DNA of 64,000 nt from Ranitomeya imitator (Eukaryota), in NCBI RefSeq assembly GCF_032444005.1, contig NC_091290.1, positions 133,796,001 to 133,860,000 of the forward strand, in the 5' to 3' direction. The notes beneath the pieces were generated by a model. It was given only the letters and a program-made list of their open reading frames with translations. It was not told where the DNA came from and ran no database searches. Below are positions 10,863 to 22,800 of this stretch, in pieces. The number at the start of each line of letters is the position of its first letter. The stretch's first letter is position 1. Position numbers and translations under genes: made by a program.

Positions 10863-13800
10863 CTGGAGAAGAGCAATACAATATAGTGATAAGCTCAGGG
10901 GAGGAGAAATATATGTCCTTATTATATAGAGTATTCATTAAAATGTCACACTTGGCACCTCCATCTGACGGTCATGTGATATGGCATCACAGCGTGCATA
11001 TCACTGCAGGTAAAAATAAGCCGAGCTCTGAATATTCTGGATGCATATGACACCTAGTGGCCTTATATAGTATTACAATCAAACTTTATATACAGTGCCG
11101 AAAATAAGTATTTGATACATTGACGATTTTGCAAGTTTTCCCCTACATAGAATGGAGGTCTGTAATTTTTATCGTAGGTACACTTTACCGTGAGAGACAG
11201 AATCTTAAACAAAAAAAAACAGAAAATCACATTGTAAGTTGTTTACATAATTGAATTGCATGAAATAAGTATTTGATCACCGACCAACCAGCAAGAATTC
11301 AGTCTCTCACAGACCTGTTAGTTTCTCTTTAAGAAGCCTTCCTACTCTACACTCATTACCTGGATTAATTGCACCTGTTTGAACTTGTTACCTGAATAAA
11401 AGACACCTGTCATCACACTCTGACCTCTCCACCATGGCCAAGACCAAAGAGCTGTCAAAGGGACAAAATTGTAGACCTGCACAAGGCTGGGATGGGCTAC
11501 AGGACAATAGGCAAGCAGCTTGGAGAGAAGTTAACAACTGTTGGCGCAATTATTAGAAAATGGAGGAAACTCAAGATGACTGTCAATTTTCGCTGGCCTG
11601 GGGCTCCATGCAAGATCTTTCTTCGTGGGTTAGGGTGATTCCGAGAAAGGTCAGGAATCAGCTCAGAACTACATGGGAAGACCTGGTCAATGACCTGAAG
11701 AGAGCTGGGACCACAGTCTCAAACATTACTGTTATTAACACACTACGCCCTCATGGAATAAAATCATACAGAGCATGCAAGGTCCTCCTGCTTCCGCCAG
11801 CACATGTCCAGGCCAGTTTGAAGTTCACCAATGACCATCTGGATCATCCAGAAGAGGCATGGGTTTAGGTCATGTGGTTAGATGGGACCAAAATAGAACT
11901 TTTTGGTATCAACTCCACTCGCAGTGTTTGGAGGAAGAAGAAGGATGAGTACAAACCCGAGAACACCATCCCAACCATGAAGCATGGTGGGGGAAACATA
12001 CTTTGGGGGTGCTTTTCTGCAAAGGTGAGAGGACCACTGCACTGTATTGATGGGATGGATGGGGTCATGTGTCGCAAGATTTTGACCAACAACCTCCTCT
12101 TAGTAACCGCATATAACATGGGTCGTGGCTGGGTCTTCCAGCATGACAATGACCCGAAACACACAGCCAGGGCAACTAAGGAGTGGCTCCGTAAGAAGCA
12201 TATCATGGTCCTGGAGTGGCCTAGCCAGTCTCCAGACCTGAACCCAATAGAAAATCTTTGAAAGGAGCTGAAAATCAATGTTGCCCAGCGACAGCCCCGA
12301 AACCTGAAAGATCTGGAGAAGTTCTGTATGGAGGAGGGGGCCAATATCCCTGCTGCAGTGTGTGCAAACGTGGTCAAGAACTACAGGAAACATCTTACCT
12401 CTAACTGCAAACGAAAGTTTCTGTACCAAATATTAAGCTCTGTTTTTCTATTGTATCAAATACTTATTTCATGCAACAAAATTCAAATTAATTATGTAAA
12501 AATCATAAAATGTGATTTTCTGTTTTTTTTATTGTTAGATTCTGTCTCTCACAGGTGAAGTGTACCTACAAAAAAAATGACAGACCTCTTCATTCGCTGT
12601 AGGTGGGAAAACTTGCAAAATTCACATTCAATTTTTTTTTTTGCACTTTCTGTGGTTTTAAAAGATAGCCCACAAATAAATAATTTTCCAGCTATTACAT
12701 CTCTAGACAGAAGTATCTGATAATACTGTGAGAGCGCCAACTTCACAGGAGTGCCACCAACACCAACGCTCTGCTGCTCTTTAGAGATATTTTGCTTTTT
12801 GTGGACGCACTGTGGCATGTTGGGAGTTGTAGTTTTGTAACAGCTGGAAATAACATTAAAAAAAGTGTAGCCCACTGGCAGCCTGTCCACATGACAGGTC
12901 CTTCTATTATAGGCCATCAATATGAGACCAGTGAGGGTCTGAGCCCTGGCACCCACCTCGATTAGCTGCTGATAATAGCAGAGCGGAGGGGATGTTGGAC
13001 CCCCAACAATTTAAAGATTGGTCATCGATATTACATGTCCCAATAGCCCCTTTAAAGAGGATGATTATTAGGCTGCCACTGCAGCCCATTAGGGTCATGA
13101 GGTGACACAGGTAGCCCCTCCTATTGAAGCTGTGGTCACTGAGGGGTTAAACGTCCCGGATCAGAGTTATTGGAAGGTCCCAGTAGAGAAATTGATGACT
13201 ACTCTCCCACTTGTGGAGGTTCTGTGTCAGATGCCGCACACTGGTGACTGGCAGTCGCGGCTCACCTCCGTGGTGTAGTGCAGGTCGCCCATCACCTTCC
13301 CGGCTAATCCATCCTGTTTCCGGGCTTCGATCTCTCCCTGCAGCTCCATCAGTAACCACTCGGCCGGCGGCTGCCCCCGGACATCCCTGTAACGGCAGGA
13401 GGATCAGACAGAGGGTGAGATCAGGGCATCATAGGCTGGAACACACCGTCTGCTTCACTGACAGCAAAGGGTCAGATGGAGGCACCATCACCACCTGTCA
13501 CCTCCGGCTCTGCAGGACCTCAGACCCACAGGGCATGCTGGGATTCATAGTCCCTCCTGTATCAACCACAGGGCATGCTGGGATTCATAGTCCCTACTGT
13601 ATCAACCACAGGACACGCTGGGATTCATAGTCCCTACTGTATCAACCACAGGACACGCTGGGATTCATAGTACCTACTGTATCAACCACAGGACATGCTG
13701 GGATTCATAGTCCCTACTGTATCAACCACAGGACATGCTGGGATTCATAGTCCCTACTGTATCAACCACAGGACACGCTGGGATTCATAGTCCCTACTGT

Positions 13801-15831
13801 ATCAACCACAGGACATGCTGGGATTCATAGTCCCTACTGTATCAACCACAGGGCATGCTGGGATTCATAGTCCCTCCTGTATCAAGCACAGGGCACGCTG
13901 GGATTCATAGTCCCTACTGTATCAACCACAGGGCATGCTGGGATTCATAGTCCCTCCTGTATCAAGCACAGCGCATGCTGGGATTCACAGTCCCTACTGT
14001 ATCAACCACAGGGCATGCTGGGATTCATAGTCCCTACTGTATCAACCACAGGGCATGCTGGGATTCATAGTCCCTACTGTATCAACCACAGGACACGCTG
14101 GGATTCATAGTCCCTACTGTATCAACCACAGGACACGCTGGGATTCATAGTCCCTACTGTATCAACCACAGGACACGCTGGGATTCACAGTCCCTACTGT
14201 ATCAACCACAGGACACGCTGGGATTCACAGTCCCTACTGTATCAACCACAGGACACGCTGGGATTCATAGTCCCTACTGTATCAACCACAGGACACGCTG
14301 GGATTCATAGTCCCTACTGTATCAACCACAGGACACGCTGGGATTCATAGTCCCTACTGTATCAACCACAGGACACGCTGGGATTCACAGTCCCTACTGT
14401 ATCAACCACAGGACACGCTGGGATTCATAGTCCCTACTGTATCAACCACAGGACATGCTGGGATTCATAGTCCCTACTGTATCAACCACAGGGCATGCTG
14501 GGATTCATAGTCCCTCCTGTATCAAGCACAGGGCACGCTGGGATTCATAGTCCCTACTGTATCAACCACAGGGCATGCTGGGATTCATAGTCCCTCCTGT
14601 ATCAAGCACAGCGCATGCTGGGATTCACAGTCCCTACTGTATCAACCACAGGGCATGCTGGGATTCATAGTCCCTACTGTATCAACCACAGGGCATGCTG
14701 GGATTCATAGTCCCTACTGTATCAACCACAGGACACGCTGGGATTCATAGTCCCTACTGTATCAACCACAGGACACGCTGGGATTCATAGTCCCTACTGT
14801 ATCAACCACAGGACACGCTGGGATTCACAGTCCCTACTGTATCAACCACAGGACACGCTGGGATTCATAGTCCCTCCTGTATCAACCACAGGGCATGCTG
14901 GGATTCATAGTCCCTCCTGTATCAACCACAGGACACGCTGGGATTCATAGTCCCTACTGTATCAACCACAGGGCATGCTGGGATTCACAGTCCCTACTGT
15001 ATCAACCACAGGGCATGCTGGGATTCATAGTCCCTACTGTATCAACCACAGGGCATGCTGGGATTCATAGTCCCTACTGTATCAACCACAGGGCATGCTG
15101 GGATTCATAGTCCCTACTGTATCAACCACAGGGCATGCTGGGATTCATAGTCCCTACTGTATCAACCACAGGACATGCTGGGATTCATAGTCCCTACTGT
15201 ATCAACCACAGGACATGCTGGGATTCATAGTCCCTACTGTATCAACCACAGGGCATGCTGGGATTCACAGTCCCTACTGTATCAACCACAGGGCATGCTG
15301 GGATTCATAGTCCCTACTGTACCAACCACAGGACACGCTGGGATTCATAGTCCCTACTGTATCAACCACAGGACATGCTGGGATTCATAGTCCCTACTGT
15401 ATCAACCACAGGGCATGCTGGGATTCATAGTCCCTCCTGTATCAACCACAGGACATGCTGGGATTCATAGTCCCTCCTGTATCAACCACAGGACATGCTG
15501 GGATTCATAGTCCTACAATAGGCCCATAATTAGAATGACAGGACATTATCCTGCAGCTACAGAATGAAAGGCAGGGCGTGATGGGATTTGTGGTCCCCTT
15601 TACACAAAGACTGCTAGGGACTACTGGAAATTATGGTCCTACAGCAGCTACATAATCAGAAAATCACAGCTGTGGTAATGGGAGGACACGTAGAGGCCTC
15701 TACAGAGTCAGTGTGTGACTGGACAGGCGAGGTGGGTCGGGTACAATGAGTCTGGCAGGACATGCTGGCTGGGAGTAGTAGTTCTACCCCCAGCACCGCA
15801 CCACTGACCTGGACACAACTATCTGCACCAT
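10638..15831 (-). CDS. CHTF8: Chromosome transmission fidelity factor 8; complement(join(10638..10862,13266..13386,15809..15831)), 122 aa
   Basis: Manual translation: MVQIVVSR|[40 protein letters not shown]|[28 protein letters not shown]...[19 protein letters not shown]. This matches vertebrate Ctf8. Exons are 23+121+225 = 369 nt, GT-AG, phases 2 and 0, at the syntenic position between HAS3 and UTP4. Confidence 0.95.
11093..12621 (+). mobile_element. Tc1-like DNA transposon (IR/DR type, long TIRs), inactive, in CHTF8 intron
   Basis: TA+CAGTG left end. The left TIR of about 190 bp carries AAATAAGTATTTGAT twice and is mirrored at about 12450-12621, where the outermost about 28 bp are missing. 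Transposase starts at ATG 11434 (MAKTKELSK) and includes [15 protein letters not shown] and [10 protein letters not shown], but has frameshifts and a premature stop at 12259-12261. Confidence 0.93.
13266..13386 (-). CDS. CHTF8: CHTF8 middle coding exon
   Basis: Acceptor CCGTTACAG, donor GTGAGC; [14 protein letters not shown]...GDLHYTTE. Confidence 0.95.
13525..15513. repeat. 40-bp minisatellite, 50 copies (GGGATTCATAGTCCCTACTGTATCAACCACAGGACATGCT), in CHTF8 intron 1
   Basis: GGATTCA(T/C)AG recurs every 40 bp from 13541 to 15501 with no indels. Confidence 0.97.
15809..15831 (-). CDS. CHTF8: CHTF8 first coding exon (MVQIVVSR)
   Basis: Minus strand reads GGAGG-ATGGTGCAGATAGTTGTGTCCAG|GTCAGT. 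Confidence 0.92.
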
Positions 15832-15993
15832 CCTCCCCCGCGGCGGCTCCTGTCAGCTGAAGGAACTGAACCTGGCGCCTCAGCGAGGAGGGGGCGGGGC
15901 CGACGGTGTGACGTGTTTCCGCTTCCGGCTCCCTGTGAAGCACACGTGAGGGGAGCACTAGCAACGCGAGGAGGAGCGGGGCCGGAGGAGACG
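15832..15993. promoter_or_regulatory. Compact GC-rich bidirectional CHTF8/UTP4 promoter and UTP4 non-coding first exon
   Basis: GC box GGGGCGGGGC at 15891-15900, CRE-like GTGACGTG at 15908-15915, tandem ETS-type TTCCG/CTTCCGG at about 15917-15928, E-box CACGTG at 15943-15948, and a strong donor G|GTGAGT at 15994. The genes are arranged head to head. Confidence 0.75.
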
Positions 15994-16048
15994 GTGAGTG
16001 CGCCGTATATTGAATATACCTAATATATACATATTTATATACACACAC

Positions 16049-16223
16049 GTGAAGGTATGCAGGGAACAGTAGTTCTACCATGACTGGAAAGGTACAGAGT
16101 GCAGACCCTCCAGCATTTGGGGGGATATCAGTATTGGGGGGAGATATCCCCCCCAATACTGGAGGGTCTGCACTCTGTGCCTTTCCAGTCATGGTAGAAC
16201 TACTGTTCCCAGCATACCTTCAC
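16049..16223. repeat. 175-bp near-perfect palindrome (MITE-like hairpin) in UTP4 intron 1
   Basis: Arm GTGAAGGTATGCAGGGAACAGTAGTTCTACCATGACTGGAAAGGTACAGAGTGCAGACCCTCCAG is matched by its reverse complement with about 2 mismatches. Confidence 0.9.
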
Positions 16224-16893
16224 ATATCAGGGCATGCTGGGTGTTGTAGTTCTGCAGCCTGTGAAGAGTTCCTCATTGCTGAGCAGTGACCTCCATAGAC
16301 CCATGACCTCCCAGTATAGGGGGCTCGGACCCCTGTCGTCCCCCTCCCTCGGCCGCTCTGGGGTCAGCTGTAGGGTTTGTATGGCTCTGCCTGTGTCGCC
16401 CGCTGTCTCCTGTGATTGCAGCTTCTGGAGGGTGAAGAGACCGGATCAGAGCAATCTCCGATCCCGGCCATTGCTGCAGGGTGTCCGTCATACGCTAGGA
16501 CTCGTGCCCCGCTCAGCCTGCGCCGTACATGCTGGGTTATAGAGCCACATAGGGGGCTAGACGGGCCCTTAGAGCCGCTTTTTGTCTCCCTCGCCTTCCG
16601 AGAGCTCTGTCCTTCTTATTTTTGGGTCCATGCAGCTGTATCCAGGCCCGCTCTGTGCGCTAAGAGCTGTGGGTTTTATCGTTACCATTGTGGGGTCCGT
16701 ATGACGTTCTGATCCCTCTTTATTCTAATTTTTTGGCAGATTAAGTAACTATAAAATGGCAATTCTGTCATTTCGATATGTTTACATTCTTTAGATTTTT
16801 ATTACTTTTTGTTAAAAATTAACAATCTCATATGGAGACCAATTAATAATGCGTAATAATTGCTAAATTCTTCTCTTTTGTGATTTTATAGAG

Positions 16894-19800
16894 ATGGGGG
16901 AATTCAAGGTACACCGCGTCCGCTTCTTTGACTATGTCCCGTCTGGCGTGCGCTGTATGGCGTACTCGGACCAGACCGATAGACTCGCTGTGGCTCGTAA
17001 TGATGGATCTGTAGAAATTTACAACTTTTCTGCCAACTACTACCAGGAAAAGGTATGAAGATTGATGCATAGTGTTGTCGATGTCCAACTATTTCAAAAC
17101 TACAACTGCCTGTATGTTTTTTTTTTTTTTTTGTTAACGGAAAATTAGTATATGACCATGTTTGTTGTGCAGATTATTCCTGGAGATGACAGGAGGTCCA
17201 CCGAGTCCGTTTGCTGGGCGGCCGCCGGTGAGCGGCTTTTCTCTGCTGGTCTAAATGGAGAGATCATTGAGTATGATCTGAACAAGCTCTGTGTTAAATA
17301 TTCCTTGGATGCTTTCGGAGGACCCATCTGGGGCATTGCGGCCAATCCCAGCAACACCCACCTTGCTGTACGTACCACGTCCGTCACATTTATATTTAAT
17401 CCTTCTTTTAGTTGTGTGATCTCCATTTGTAGCTGCTGTATTTCTTTACAATGTAGGTTTGCTGTGAAGATGGCTCTGTCAAGCTTTTTAGCATTACACC
17501 CGAGAAGATTATCTTTGAGAAGATCTTAGATCGGCAAAAAGGTGATTGCTGGACGATTATGTGATGTAGTCGCCTTCTAGCTGATCCCAATGGACAAGTG
17601 TCACCTATTTTTTTTCTCATTCTCCCTGTGCAGATCGTATCCTATGTCTGGCGTGGCATCCATCAGGATCTCAAATTGTCACTGGTTCTGTCAATGTCAT
17701 CAAAGTATTCAACGTCTCATCAGGTGAATATGACACAGGGTGTGTGGTCACATCATTGTAGGAAGCTTTTTGCCACTCTGGTTATATTGGGATACTGCGC
17801 TGGATTTTACTTTTGTCCCCTTTTTGTAGATTTAAATGGGTTATCCAGGCCTGGGGTTCACTCTGTGACTGCAGACTTGTTTATCCTTACAGCCTGCAGG
17901 CAGGATAGAGTGACTGCAGACTTGAACCCCAAGCCTGGACAACCTCTTTAATGCTTAATTATGCAGTCTAATCTTAATGAGTGAAGGGATATGGCGAGGC
18001 TTCATCCTCATTTAATGATATGTAAGGGTCCGCCCTGCAACACTGGTTCCTGCAGTGCTCCTCTGGCTGAAAGACTATGCATGGAAACATAACCCATCCT
18101 ATTAACTTTATAGAAGCTGCTCTTAAACAAGTAGCCTCGAACACTTGAGCTGCTCAAATCTGTCTGTAAATCTATGTACAGTGAGGGATAAAATGAAACC
18201 TGCTGCCTATAAAAGTTTATGGAGGGGGAATGAGCACAAAGCTGGAGGGTAATAGTAAAGAAAAAAAGAATAAAGTTAAATTGCTGAGCCTTCTAGTGCA
18301 GAGGGGAAAGTGCTAAAAATGCAGGACACAAGTGATGTGCTGGCCATGGCTAGTTCTAGTATTATTCCTTGTGTACACACAACACCTTATTCTGAAATGC
18401 CATATGAAATTACCGGTATGGCACATGCTATAGATAGGAACCAACTTTTTTCTAGATGTAAGAAGTAATCCTTAAGTGAATAATGTAAATGCGTTGGATT
18501 AAAGTTTATGGCCAACCTTTTAAAAGGGAGAGAATCCCTGTAGCCTGCTTCCTCTAGGCACTAGATACCACACAGTCAGTATTTTTTTGGATTGTTTCTT
18601 TTGAAGGGAGTCTGTCAGTGCAAAATGACTGTTCAAACCAAGCACAGACGTTTGGTGCACCCTTGGCGAAGCTGAGTAGTTGAGTGTACTATCTTACTTG
18701 TTTTCCATTTATCGTCATCCTCTTGCAAAGCCAGAGATGTCAATCTGAGAAGAGGAGGAGGAGATAGAAAACAACAAAAGTTGAAGGGAAGGTGCACTGA
18801 ACTTTTCAACCAGCCCAAGGGTACACTGGACACCTGAGCTTGGTTTGATCCATCATTTTGTAAAGAGTGATAAAATATATCTATATGACACTGTTGGTGC
18901 CTTGGGAAATCCTGACTGTGGGCACAAACGCAGTGTGCACCCAGCTGTAGTCTGACATATGTTGGTTCACAATAGGTCACCTTCTACATACATTGAAGCT
19001 GGACCTCCGGTCGGTGAGTGGGAGGAAGCGCAAATCCATTGTGTGGAGTGTGGCCGTCCTCTCCTGCGGAGAAATCATCAGTGCGGATTCTACAGGAAAA
19101 CTCCAGTTCTGGGAGATAAAGAACGGAACGCTTCTCCGCACGTACAACGTGGCCAGCTGTGACCTCCTGTGTCTCGCCGTGGCCAAGGTGATACTCCTGC
19201 ACACTGGGTGTTTGTCTTATAAGCTGCTGAATGACAATGCTGACCCTTCCTGTTGTTTTCCTGCAGACAGAGGACAGCCTGCTGGTGGGCACGGCTCAGG
19301 GCGTCATCTTCCAGTTCCAGCATTTGGCCGTTCAAGCAGGAAAACCAGAACAGCAATGGATTTGCACAAAGCCATTTCGATATCACACTCACGACGTAAG
19401 AGCCGTGGCGCACAGCAGCACCGCTCTTATCTCTGGTGGTACGTCAGACCCCCCCACCTACACATCAGCTTAGAAGTTACCTTCTTCTTCATCATTTCTA
19501 AAGCTGCTTCTCGTCTTCACAGGTGTTGATGGTCACATTGTTTCCCGGCCCTTGATGGAAAAGATGCAAACCAAATCCTACGAAGCTGCTCTAAGAAAAA
19601 TCACATTTCCACATGTAAGTCTGGATATGGCTGATATAGCTTAGTATTTTCAATTTCCAGCTTGCCATGAAGGGATGTTTATTGTACATCTGTCTCTTTC
19701 CTCAGCGCCATCTTATATCTTGTGCCCAAGCCTCCCGACTGCTTCTCTTCCAGTTTCCTGAACATCTCGAGTTGTGGCGACTCGGACAGACAAATGAATC

Positions 19801-22800
19801 AGGTGAGCTGGTGCGCTTTAAAGTCAAAACATTAAATCCCATATTAATGAGGGCGCTGTGAGCTCACAATATATGTATCAAGTATTTCTAAGAAAGTCAG
19901 AGACCTGTTGCTTCCGCTGTACTTTACACTGCATCCCTGCTTATTCATATAATTGCATATAAGCACGAGGGAAGTCATTAAAGGGGAGGTTCTTTTCCGC
20001 TCTGATGGGGCAGGCGTGACTGACAATGTAAAGCTGGTAGGCAGCAGTCAAAGTGAGGGGAGCCAGCTGTCAGTCAGCATGACGCCAGCAGTCACACCCA
20101 GTCGAGAAAGCAGCCCAGAATAAGACGACCTGTTGTGTTGACGTAAAGCAGCAGAATCACCGGGAGGAGAGGTCCGTGAAAGTTCTGGGCCCACACCGGA
20201 TAGAACAGGCAGTGAGCAATTACCTGCTTGTTTCGTTTTTAGGCCCATAATACGAAAAATATATATATAGGCAACCCCTTTAAATATGCGCGAATCCTGG
20301 AAATTTGCAAAAAATCTTAACATCATGACGTCTTTGGTCGCTCAAAACATAGTCCAGACGGCAAAATACTCTAGAAATAAGAAAACTTTAGAAAGCCGGT
20401 TTGTTAGGCTAAGTGATAATTTATGTGTAGGCTACAAATAATTTGTGCCGTCTGATAGTTATGAAAGCTTTCACTTTTGTAACTTTGTTGTAGGAATCGA
20501 TGGGGATCTTCTTAATGTGAGCCAGGAGGAAGAACTTCTTTTGCAGCTGAAGAGAAAGGTGAGTAGTGCCAGTGGGTGGCAGCACTGAGTCACTGGAGCA
20601 AGGGGTTGAAGATACGTGTGGTTCATGCAGACATCGATATATTTGCACTGGCTTATCAATGCAAAAACATAAGGGAAAAAATGCAAAAAAAATACCAACC
20701 GTGTGTGTGCGCGCAAATATATATGCACAACACATTATTTGCATACATATGTCAAAGCATTGCCTAATGTGCTTAGGTTTGTTGGGAGTGACCACTCTGA
20801 TTTTCTGTCTATTTTCAGGGGTCTGAGTGTATACGTTGCAGCACCATCTCCCACTGTGGCTCATGGCTTTCTTATGCCACTACCTCCCGTCTGTTTCTCC
20901 ATAGGCTGCACTACGACAACAACAATATAAGTATCACCCGGGTGAGTTTGATCTGCCGAGCGCTACACTCACACACAGATACTGTGTGTCCTCACATAAT
21001 AAATGTCTTTTTATTTTGAAATAGGTTCCCAAAGTTCCTCAGACTGGAGCTCTGCAGCTTCTCTTCTCCCCTGACGCTAAACGCCTCTACGTAGGGTCAG
21101 AGGGGGGACGCGTTCATGTCCTGGAGCTATCGGAGGGCGCCTGCCAACACCGTCACACCCTGGAGCCGCCAGCAGGTACTGGAAATCATATAGGTATATA
21201 GAAAAAAAATCTGATCATAAGAACGTCATGTCCGCGGTGCTGGCTGGCGCGGTTGTCAAAGCAAGCTGCACTTGTGTGCACACACCTTTATGTATTTTAC
21301 TGAGGCTCCTTTGTGTTGCTGATTTTGGGGTCCCTGGGGTAGTTTTTTATTTTTAAGAAGGTTTTTTTTGGAGCACTTTTATTTTCTGGTTTTCTTTTGA
21401 TTGTTTGGAGCCGATGATGTAAGGAATTTCCATCAAATAAGTAACTTGTACCTTTTGTTTTGTTCTCTTTCCTCACTGGAAGATTTAACAAAAATGTTGT
21501 TGGTGAAAAAAAAAGAAAAAGCAAAATCTGCAAAAACAAAAAACTCGCTGAATAGCAATGTGTATTTCCAATTGAAATCAATGTGAAGAGTATTGGGAAG
21601 CAAATCCACATAGAAAAAAAAAAGCTCAGTGTGAAGAAACCATAGGGGGTGGCCATGTGCCGCTTCGCTCCATTGAATGGGGCTATTCCACGTCGTAACC
21701 CATGGCAAAGCCGCAGCATGACGGATGATCCTCTTTCTATTTCTGATGCAATTTCTATTTCATATATCCGTCGCCCATCGTGTGTATTCGTCTCCACAGT
21801 GTCCTCCCATCCTGTGCATCTTTTGGCTGCAAGTTCGGATGGATCCCTGCTGGCGGTGGCTTCTGCCAACTCTCAGATTGATGTATTCAATGTGAAGGAG
21901 CTGAAGGTGAGTGGCATCTCCATTATTAATGCAGTTTGCAGAATTACCAGTGTTATATGTGCTTTGAATTAACCCCATGATGTCTTTCCTGTAGTATGAA
22001 TGCTCAGTTCCTCAGTACAGTTCTCCTCCTACTGCCATCAGTATCCATCCATCCATTAATGACCTGGTGATTGCTCACGCTGACCAGCAGGTAGGTGCTG
22101 CTCCGTCCTGGGAGACTTTCTTCAGGTGAGGCCATAGGATACAACTCTGATGTTTCTTCTCTCTCTCCCCCCAGGTCCTGGAGTTCAGCATTGCTAAGAA
22201 GCAGTACACAGACTGGAGTCGAAAAGTTCTGCAGTATGGCCTCCATCGTGATTGGGTGGAGCGTGATACGCCAATCACGGGCATCGCGTTTAACCCTTCG
22301 AGGCCTGATCATATTCTTATGCATGATAACTATATGTTCTGTGTCTTGGACAAGTCCTTGGTAAGTAGCAGTACTGCCTGAGATCTGTATCACCAGGGAG
22401 AATTTTTTTTTTTTAAATTGGTCGCACATGAATTATTTTTTTTAATATATATTTATATATACAACCAATAGTACTAAAATATTTATCGACTGCCCGTAAA
22501 GAAACAAGCAGAAATGTATATATTTTTTTTTTTATCATTTCACAATATGAANNNNNNNNNNNNNNNNNNNNNNNNNNNNNNNNNNNNNNNNNNNNNNNNN
22601 NNNNNNNNNNNNNNNNNNNNNNNNNNNNNNNNNNNNNNNNNNNNNNNNNNNNNNNNNNNNNNNNNNNNNNNNNNNNNNNNNNNNNCCATATATCATTGTA
22701 TTGCTTTCTTTCCCTAGCCTCTGCCAGATGACAAAACAGCCCTAGTCAACCAGAAGTCGCTGAAGCAGCTTTCGGAGAGTGCGAGGAGAAGTCACGCTCA

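Noticed and set aside
15656-16289. Paired ORFs with similar N-termini (MTGKAQSADPP / MTGKVQSADPP)
   Set aside because: They are the two arms of the 175-bp palindrome read on opposite strands.
21297-21869. 190-aa minus-strand ORF
   Set aside because: Antisense to a UTP4 exon plus AT-rich intron, with no domain features.
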